From a virus (lineage: Duplodnaviria; Caudoviricetes), in the IMG/VR virus record IMGVR_UViG_3300027749_000469, positions 1 to 24,583 of that record: a stretch of DNA of 24,583 nt, one strand, 5' to 3'. Position 1 is the stretch's first letter; every line of letters begins with the position of its first letter. Under the pieces are notes generated by a model that did no database searches, was not told the DNA's origin, and worked only from the letters and a program-made list of their open reading frames with translations. The position numbers and the translations under genes are program-made. This document shows, piece by piece, positions 17,976-24,583 of the stretch.

Positions 17976-19127
17976 ATGAACCATCAAGAACTTATTGACC
18001 AAGGCAATCAACATCGCAGTGAGAACAATCCTGAACAGGCCCTGGCCTGTTACGCACAGGTGTTTGCTGAAGATTTCAATCACAGTGCAGCATTCAACAA
18101 CTACGGTAATGTACTGAGAGAAATGGGCTATCCTGCTCGTGCTATTCCGTTTTTACATGCAGCACATGATATCAATCCTGCTGATGTCACTTCTGAGTTC
18201 AATCTTGCAGTGGCCTACCTGCTCAACGGTGATTATGCTCGAGGATGGCCCTTGTACGAAGCACGGTGGAGATTTGAACATCTTGACGGTACCAAACCCA
18301 AACTGGCTGAACCCGAATGGACAGGTCAAGATCTTCGAGATAAAACACTGTTGATCATAGGTGAGCAAGGACTTGGTGACCAAATACAATTCATAAGATT
18401 CACTGCCAATTTACACTCAACCGGTGTGAAAATAAAATTACTGTTGAATCCCAGTGTTAAGCCCTTGTTTCCGCAACCAGCCGGAATCATTGTGGGTATC
18501 TACGAACCCGGAGAAGATTTTGGTGAGTTTGATTACTGGATTGCCATGATGGACATTCCTAAAGTTATTGGTATGACTCTGGAAAATATTGCACACCAGT
18601 TGCAGTACATTGCAGCCGACCCTGCAAAAGCACAGATCTGGGCCAATCGACTAGGAGCTAAAACTCGCATGAGAATTGGTGTATGTTGGTCAGGCCGCAA
18701 GGATTCCTGGATACACAAACACAAAAGCATGCCTGTGGAAAAGATGGCTGATCTAATTCGTCGCAATCCTGAACATCAGTGGATCAACCTGCAGATGGAT
18801 GCCACCGACGAAGAAACTGCTGTGATCACGGCTGCAGGCGGCGAGTGTTATCCGGGCACCATAAGAGACTTTTCAGACACAGCAGGACTCATGCATCATC
18901 TTGACCTGGTGATTTCTGTGGACACTGCCAATGCACACATGGCCGGTGCTCTAGGGCGGCCTGTGTGGATTCCGTTAAATGCGTATGGCAACTGCTGGCG
19001 TTGGTTGCTCAAGCGTGAAGATTCGCCTTGGTATCCCAGTGCTAGATTATTTCGTCAACCCCAAATGGGTGACTGGGACAGTGTGGTTGACAAGATGCAC
19101 AAGTTCTTGAGCTGGTTCAAAATTTAA
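17976..19127 (+). CDS. TPR-repeat glycosyltransferase (GT-B, GT9-like C-terminus), about 383 aa
   Basis: Start moved to MNHQELIDQG. About three TPRs (AFNNYGNVLREMG; EFNLAVAYLLNGDY) precede W..YE.RW, EQGLGDQIQF.RF, IGVCWSG and DLVISVDT..AHMAGALGRPVW...WRW...SPWYPS.RLFRQ. Confidence 0.85.
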   Translation: MNHQELIDQGNQHRSENNPEQALACYAQVFAEDFNHSAAFNNYGNVLREMGYPARAIPFLHAAHDINPADVTSEFNLAVAYLLNGDYARGWPLYEARWRFEHLDGTKPKLAEPEWTGQDLRDKTLLIIGEQGLGDQIQFIRFTANLHSTGVKIKLLLNPSVKPLFPQPAGIIVGIYEPGEDFGEFDYWIAMMDIPKVIGMTLENIAHQLQYIAADPAKAQIWANRLGAKTRMRIGVCWSGRKDSWIHKHKSMPVEKMADLIRRNPEHQWINLQMDATDEETAVITAAGGECYPGTIRDFSDTAGLMHHLDLVISVDTANAHMAGALGRPVWIPLNAYGNCWRWLLKREDSPWYPSARLFRQPQMGDWDSVVDKMHKFLSWFKI

Positions 19128-19181
19128 AGACCGCTGACAGAGAGCCAGTGAATGGCAAAAGAGTGATTATAAACAATGCAG

Positions 19182-19189
19182 AGTAAATA
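19182..19189 (+). promoter_or_regulatory. Putative late promoter AGTAAATA
   Basis: TAAATA core 9 nt before the ATG at 19199, with no SD. Confidence 0.55.
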
Positions 19190-19198
19190 TTTTAACCT

Positions 19199-20125
19199 AT
19201 GTTATATGCAATAACTTCTTATTTTAACCCTGCTGTATTTCAAAATCATCTTGCCAAATATCGAGTGTTTAAGAATCATTTGGCTGTGCCTTTGATCACA
19301 GTGGAGCTGAGTTTCAACGGCAATTTTGAACTGAATAAATCCGATGCAGATTGTCTTGTACAGATATCTGGTGGTGCTATGGTCTGGCAAAAAGAACGAT
19401 TATTAAACATAGCACTTGAACACTTGCCCGCAGACTGTGACGCTGTGGCCTGGATTGATTGTGATGTGCTGTTTGATGATCCTGGTTGGGTGGCTGATGC
19501 TGAACGTCAACTACAAGATAAGGTCATGGTTCAATTGTTCAATCGTTTTGTAGATCTTGAACCTGGCGAACATGTGATCCCCGACAGTTACCAACATGCA
19601 GGCCGTGGATTGATCTACGAAATAGAACAGCAGGGCATAGATTCACTAGAACGCAGAACACCTTATGGATGGGGACACACCCGCAGAGAAGTTAGCCCCG
19701 GCTTGGCCTGGAGTATTCGTAGAGATGTTGTTGATGAATTAAAATTCTATGATGCCATGATAATGGGTGCAGCTGATCGCATGATCCTGCATGCTGCATA
19801 TGGGCGTTTCTCGACTGCTCCTGAAACTGTGCCTATCACCAACCAACATTTACAACACTATAATCAGTGGGCACGTCAATTCAATCAAGCAGTTCAAGGC
19901 AATGTTGGTTATATTCCACACACTATCTATCATCTATGGCACGGAGAAATACCCAATCGTGGCTACTGGTCTCGTCATGAACGATTACAACAGTTGGGTT
20001 TTGATCCTGCCTTGGACCTAACTATAGCGGCCAATGGTGCTTGGGTCTGGTCCAGACCCAGACCTGATATCGAATCTTACGCCGCTGAATATTTTCCCAG
20101 CAGAAAAGAAGATGGTGACCAGTGA
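19199..20125 (+). CDS. GT-A fold glycosyltransferase (308 aa)
   Basis: WQKERLLNIAL, the DxD motif in VAWIDCDVLF, PGLAW..RR, GAAD and a C-terminal YHLWHG. Confidence 0.75.
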   Translation: MLYAITSYFNPAVFQNHLAKYRVFKNHLAVPLITVELSFNGNFELNKSDADCLVQISGGAMVWQKERLLNIALEHLPADCDAVAWIDCDVLFDDPGWVADAERQLQDKVMVQLFNRFVDLEPGEHVIPDSYQHAGRGLIYEIEQQGIDSLERRTPYGWGHTRREVSPGLAWSIRRDVVDELKFYDAMIMGAADRMILHAAYGRFSTAPETVPITNQHLQHYNQWARQFNQAVQGNVGYIPHTIYHLWHGEIPNRGYWSRHERLQQLGFDPALDLTIAANGAWVWSRPRPDIESYAAEYFPSRKEDGDQ

Positions 20126-21876
20126 TATTTGAGTTGGCACAAGTTCATAAAACACGCCTGGGTTCAGCATTTGGGGTACCGGGTGCCACTGTTGTGCTAT
20201 CTGTCAAGATTGATATTCCTGAGAACTTTGATTTTGCACAGGCAGACCAGGCCCTGGATCAAGCCCTGGGATTTACTGCTGTTGCCAATTCTAATGATCC
20301 ACAACTGCAACTGCTGCATCGTGCTTTGAACTTGAGTTGTTTTGTTCAAGGCATGAATCGTATTGTAGTATCCAATCGTTATCATGTTATACAACAACAA
20401 GATCAAGTGTTTACCGTGATCATGAGCCTGGCCTCGGCTGTGGCAACCACAATCAGTTTCCGTTTTGTTGAACAGGTGTTGGAACAATTTGCCCAAGGTC
20501 AGTACAATATTGAATCCTTGATTGATGACTATAGTCAACAGTTAGATCCTCACGGTGAGCCTGGACAGAATCAAGGATTTATGGCTACCATGGCCATGAA
20601 GCATGACATACCTGCACACAGACTCTGGGCCGGAACACACATATTTGGCACTGGATGCTACAGCCAACGACTCAGTAGCACCATGACTCCGGCTACATCA
20701 GCACAGGGACTGATATTTGCTAAAAATAAAAGGACCACAGCCACTCTATTGCGTTTGGCAGGCTTGCCGGGTGCCGAGCATGTCACAGTCAAAACCTGGC
20801 AAGAAACCCTGGCAGCAGCAGATCAGTTGGGCTATCCTGTGGTAATCAAGCCTTATGATCGTGACAACGGACAAGGCGTCTATGCTGGTATTGCTGATAA
20901 ATCAACCCTGCGACTAGCCTACAATGAAGTGACAAAATTAGTTTCAGAATTTCTAGTTGAGCGTCATGTTGAAGGAACGGGACATAGATTTACCATCTAC
21001 AAAGATCAAGCCATAACTGTGACTCGTAAACTTCCAGCTACCATTGCTGGAGATGGCATGAACACAGTCAAATACCTGATTGACAATTACGAAAACGAAT
21101 CCAGACGCATCAAACGACCCGACAATGATGAACCATTTGTGATCATAGCCACCAATGGGGCACGTCATGACATAGATGAAGAAGTGTTGGGCATGCTGAA
21201 ACAACAAGGGGTTGAGTTAGACACCGTGTTGACCGAGGGCCAGACCATACAACTGAGACGCAGAAACAATGCCAGTGCTGGTGGACAAACTCGAGCCATT
21301 GATCGTGCTATCATTCACCCTGACAACACGGCTGTGTGTTTGCGAGCTGCCAGGATTGTGGGCCTGGACATAGCCGGAGTTGATTTTATCACTACAGATA
21401 TTACTCGTTCTTGGTTGGAGACTGGTGCTCTTATTTGCGAAGTCAATGCCATACCGCAGATTGGCTACAACCATGGCATTGAGCCTGTGATGTTGGATCT
21501 GTTCCGGTTGGGATCGCGTATTCCAGTTCACTTGGCCATAGTTGATGATCCTTTACCTGTCGGCATGGCCATGGAATTAGCGGCTGCGTATGCTGCCGAC
21601 GGATTAGCCACGGATCAAGGACTATGGTTAAACGGACTACAAATTACTGCCAGCTGGCCTGATAGTTATGCGGCCGCAAAAAGTTTGATCTTCAACCCAG
21701 AAGTCACATCGGCTGTGTGTGTTATGACCAAGGCAGACGTGGCAGCACATGGCCTGCCTTTGGACCGCTGGGACAATATTCTAATAGAAAATCCCGATGA
21801 TGTTGTGTTCCTTGTCCAAGCACACAGTAAAAATATACAACCTTTGAAAGTAAATCGTGAACAAACAATGGCTTGA
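20122..21876 (+). CDS. Cyanophycin-synthetase-like ATP-grasp ligase with a truncated, degenerate Mur-like C-terminus (584 aa)
   Basis: GTG start overlaps the upstream TGA. GYPVVIKP, VERHVEG..HR, PATIAGDG..T...LID, IHPDN...RAARIVGLDIAGVDFITTDI and EVNAIP follow the CphA/GshF ATP-grasp pattern. SRIPV is followed by only about 115 aa and no TGTNGKT P-loop. Confidence 0.8.
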   Translation: MIFELAQVHKTRLGSAFGVPGATVVLSVKIDIPENFDFAQADQALDQALGFTAVANSNDPQLQLLHRALNLSCFVQGMNRIVVSNRYHVIQQQDQVFTVIMSLASAVATTISFRFVEQVLEQFAQGQYNIESLIDDYSQQLDPHGEPGQNQGFMATMAMKHDIPAHRLWAGTHIFGTGCYSQRLSSTMTPATSAQGLIFAKNKRTTATLLRLAGLPGAEHVTVKTWQETLAAADQLGYPVVIKPYDRDNGQGVYAGIADKSTLRLAYNEVTKLVSEFLVERHVEGTGHRFTIYKDQAITVTRKLPATIAGDGMNTVKYLIDNYENESRRIKRPDNDEPFVIIATNGARHDIDEEVLGMLKQQGVELDTVLTEGQTIQLRRRNNASAGGQTRAIDRAIIHPDNTAVCLRAARIVGLDIAGVDFITTDITRSWLETGALICEVNAIPQIGYNHGIEPVMLDLFRLGSRIPVHLAIVDDPLPVGMAMELAAAYAADGLATDQGLWLNGLQITASWPDSYAAAKSLIFNPEVTSAVCVMTKADVAAHGLPLDRWDNILIENPDDVVFLVQAHSKNIQPLKVNREQTMA

Positions 21877-22504
21877 AAAACTTTTATCAAACCCTGACAT
21901 GCTGGAAATGGGGCATGGACAAACTGCTGAAGATTCAAATCTGGGGCTGGGCTGGATATACTACTCTCTGGCCCGGGTGTATCGACCCAAACGGGTGGTG
22001 TGCATTGGCTCTTGGCGTGGCTTTGTGCCCATGCTGATAGCTCGTGGCATGCAAGATAATCTGGATACAGGATCCGTGACGTTCATTGACCCTGGCCTAG
22101 TTGATTCTCACTGGCAAGATGCTGATCAAGTTCAGACATGGTTTGAGGATCATGCAGTTCCTAATATTCAACACTACAGAATGACCACACAGGAGTTTGT
22201 TACTACAGCAACATATCAGGAGCTGGACAACATAGACATGTTGTTTGTGGATGGACTACACACACAAGCACAAGCTCGATTTGATTATACCAGCTTTGAA
22301 CACAAAATGAGTTTGCAGTCTATTGCACTATTTCACGACAGTATAACTCGCTTTCATTCGCCAATCTATGGAGCGGATCGCAAGTATGAGTTTAGTGTGT
22401 GTGACTATATCACAGAATTAAAACAGCGATCTGACCTACAGGTCATGGACTTGCCGTTTGAAAATGGCTTGACCTTGGTGCGTCAGTTAAAGACCAAATC
22501 TTGA
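21857..22504 (+). CDS. Class I SAM-dependent methyltransferase (Methyltransf_24-like, 215 aa)
   Basis: RPKRVVCIGSWRG motif I variant, FIDP, IDMLFVDGLH and ALFHDS. Overlaps the upstream gene by 20 nt. Confidence 0.8.
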   Translation: MNKQWLEKLLSNPDMLEMGHGQTAEDSNLGLGWIYYSLARVYRPKRVVCIGSWRGFVPMLIARGMQDNLDTGSVTFIDPGLVDSHWQDADQVQTWFEDHAVPNIQHYRMTTQEFVTTATYQELDNIDMLFVDGLHTQAQARFDYTSFEHKMSLQSIALFHDSITRFHSPIYGADRKYEFSVCDYITELKQRSDLQVMDLPFENGLTLVRQLKTKS

Positions 22505-23212
22505 GCGGTAGTGGTTGAAGTTTTGAGTAACTTCTGCGTCGCTTAAAGCAAGATTGTAGACATTAACAATGGCCAATCCGCCGCCCCAGAACCCGCCTGG
22601 ATCCCAACGTGTCATTAAACCATATCCAATTCCAGGGTTGGCCGCCCCACCTGGTGGCCTATTGGTAGTTTCGACCAGGGTGTTGTTTACATACAGGTTG
22701 AGAGTGGTGCCATCAAATGTGCCCACAATCTGATACCAGTTTCCTGGTGTTAGTGTATATGGATTGGTGGTTTGGAATCCTCCACCATACCACCAGGTCT
22801 GTAAATCAGACGCATTATTAGTAGAACCCAGGCCAAGATTGATAGTGCCACCGCCGTATGGGTATTCTGTGAATATGTTGGGTCCACTGGCAGTATTGGT
22901 ACCATCGTAATAATGCCAGGCTTCGATTGACCAGTTGGCCAGTGTGCCCAAGTTTGTGGGGCTGGCTGCATACTGTCCTGCGCTGGGCGTAAACTGTATG
23001 TATCCACCGTTGGCACTGTTGTATGTGGGACCGTTTACCAGTGTAAACGTCATTGATCCAATGGTGTCAGTCCAGGTAGAGTAGCCCCCTGCTCCAGGAT
23101 AACTGGCAGGATTGCCAGCGTCAAGACTCAGCACCGGAGGTGTAAGTACTGTCACTGGAGCAACTGATATGCCCCTGCCTAAGGTGATTCCGCGTCCGAT
23201 TGTTATGGCCAT
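22487..23212 (-). CDS. Concanavalin A-like / LamG lectin-domain virion protein (241 aa)
   Basis: LDAGNPASYPG..TWTD...LVNGPTY, WYQIVGTFDG..LNLYVN and VYNLALSDAEVTQNFN..RSRFG. N-terminal IGRGITLGRGI repeat. Confidence 0.85.
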   Translation of the reverse strand: MAITIGRGITLGRGISVAPVTVLTPPVLSLDAGNPASYPGAGGYSTWTDTIGSMTFTLVNGPTYNSANGGYIQFTPSAGQYAASPTNLGTLANWSIEAWHYYDGTNTASGPNIFTEYPYGGGTINLGLGSTNNASDLQTWWYGGGFQTTNPYTLTPGNWYQIVGTFDGTTLNLYVNNTLVETTNRPPGGAANPGIGYGLMTRWDPGGFWGGGLAIVNVYNLALSDAEVTQNFNHYRSRFGL

Positions 23213-23214
23213 TT

Positions 23215-24583
23215 TTAACTTATCGTAGTGTAACCGTAACGCACAGTGACATTACCGCCGCTGGTATTGTTGATACCAAAGTCAAATCTATTGGTAGTTG
23301 AACTGGGAGCCGTATTGCTACGAACTATGGCATTGGCAGTGCCTGTAAACTGATTGGGTATGCTGGTAAAGTCAATGGGCGTTCCGCCACCGTTGTAGAC
23401 CCAGGCATACTGAGCACCCACAACAGGCACGTTGGTGTTGGTAACGGTGGCCGTGGCATTCCAAACCAAGATACCATTGGTGATATTGCAATCAACCCAC
23501 ATGCTATATGTGCCGCTATTCACCGTGAAATTCTGGGTGCTGTTGCCCACAGGCACGTCCCACGATCCTGTTACCTGAGTAGCAACATTAGATAAGGTAT
23601 TGCCGTTGCCAAAGAAATTAGCGGCTGTGACATTGCCACTAACACTTATGACATTGCCATAGGTGATTTCTTTTGAAGTGGTGTTGTAGAACATGACTTC
23701 GGCAATATTTGAATTATCATTGCGGACTGGTGCCACAGTGAATGTGTTGGCTACTGTTTGATCTAAGTTGGCTCCAGTGGCATTTAATATGATTGAGTTG
23801 TTGCCTTGTGAAGTGCGACCAGCAAAATTACCAATTGCCAATGCGGTAGAGCCTTGTGATGTGTGTCCGGCATAATAGCCAATAGCCACTGAGTAAGCGC
23901 CTTGTGATGTTTGTCCAGCATCGCCGCCGATTGCTATTGCGATGTTGCCTTGTGAGTTTTGACCAGCATTAATACCAATTGCCAATGCGGCCGTGCCTTG
24001 TGATGTTTGTCCGGCTTGATCACCAATGGCCACTGCGACAAGACCTTGTGTGTTATAACCAGCAGTAAATCCAATGGCCACTGCGCCGCCGCCTTGTGAG
24101 GTTAGTCCGGCGGCGTTACCAAATGCCACTGCATTGTTTGCGGTGTCTCGAATCACTGCACCGTTTACAAGTGTGACAGTTCCAGTGCTAACATTATTAG
24201 CACCAGTGATGTTGCCACCGGTCAGGGTGATATCGCCTGAACCGCCAGGAGTTGTTAAATTACCGTTTGCGTCGAAGGTCCATTGATATTGTGCTCCGCT
24301 CCAATCTGTTTGGATAAACGCACTGGTGTTGCTGACACCCATGTAAGTATTGCCAGTATCACCAGCAAGTTCTATGTAACTGTTGGCGGCAGCATAAAGA
24401 TCATACCCAGTAAATATTGCACCATTAGGGAATGTGGTATTACCATCTACACCAAAGTTCCATTGATATGTATTGGCATTGATTGTCACATTGCTATTGG
24501 CTACAGGAATCGAGACATTGCTGGTACCATTATAGATGATGTTGGCCGAACCACCACCACCTACATCAAATGTAATCTCACCC
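23215..24583 (-). CDS. 5'-truncated fibre/adhesin-like protein with YadA-head-like repeats
   Basis: The frame stays open to the window edge (GEITFDVGGGGSANIIYNGTSNVSIPVANSNVTINAN...), so 24489 is probably not the true start. Contains QGxxAVAIGxxAG repeats. Confidence 0.8.
   Translation of the reverse strand, partial: GEITFDVGGGGSANIIYNGTSNVSIPVANSNVTINANTYQWNFGVDGNTTFPNGAIFTGYDLYAAANSYIELAGDTGNTYMGVSNTSAFIQTDWSGAQYQWTFDANGNLTTPGGSGDITLTGGNITGANNVSTGTVTLVNGAVIRDTANNAVAFGNAAGLTSQGGGAVAIGFTAGYNTQGLVAVAIGDQAGQTSQGTAALAIGINAGQNSQGNIAIAIGGDAGQTSQGAYSVAIGYYAGHTSQGSTALAIGNFAGRTSQGNNSIILNATGANLDQTVANTFTVAPVRNDNSNIAEVMFYNTTSKEITYGNVISVSGNVTAANFFGNGNTLSNVATQVTGSWDVPVGNSTQNFTVNSGTYSMWVDCNITNGILVWNATATVTNTNVPVVGAQYAWVYNGGGTPIDFTSIPNQFTGTANAIVRSNTAPSSTTNRFDFGINNTSGGNVTVRYGYTTIS
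23780..24140 (-). repeat. About seven 48-nt (16-aa) QGxxA(V/L/I)AIGxxAGxxS repeats
   Basis: The CCTTGTG (+) anchor recurs every 48 nt from about 23800 to 24100. Confidence 0.9.

Noticed and set aside
20122-21876. Labelling the gene cphA (full cyanophycin synthetase)
   Set aside because: It is far shorter than CphA1, has no Mur P-loop, has altered substrate loops, and no cyanophycinase is nearby.
26-24583. Stop-codon reassignment as seen in some large phages
   Set aside because: Genes tile the window densely in the standard code. TAA and TGA both end genes at sensible boundaries, and no TAG interrupts a coding region.

Overview
Late (virion-structure) region of a large T4-like, probably aquatic, bacteriophage, read in the standard code. 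The minus strand carries Gly/Thr/Asn/Ala-rich fibre or baseplate proteins: 2190 aa with a C-terminal peptidase-G2-like chaperone, 2509 aa with a gp9/gp10-like N-terminus and PKD-like domains, 496 aa, a LamG-like lectin and a 5'-truncated YadA-like repeat protein. It also carries a fibre-chaperone-like gene with six MTxEQWL repeats. Embedded in this block are five enzyme genes: a Maf/GT29-GT42-like protein, then a plus-strand run of TPR-glycosyltransferase, GT-A glycosyltransferase, a truncated cyanophycin-synthetase-like ATP-grasp ligase and a SAM methyltransferase. T4-type TAAATA late boxes precede five genes, and a variant box precedes a sixth. Best leads: (1) a putative late-expressed virion or surface modification pathway next to sequon-dense fibres; (2) a 72-nt four-way-junction RNA leader between a late box and a strong RBS; (3) a terminator hairpin that hides the next gene's RBS and has a late-box variant in its loop. 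All family calls come from motif recognition by eye; no searches were run.
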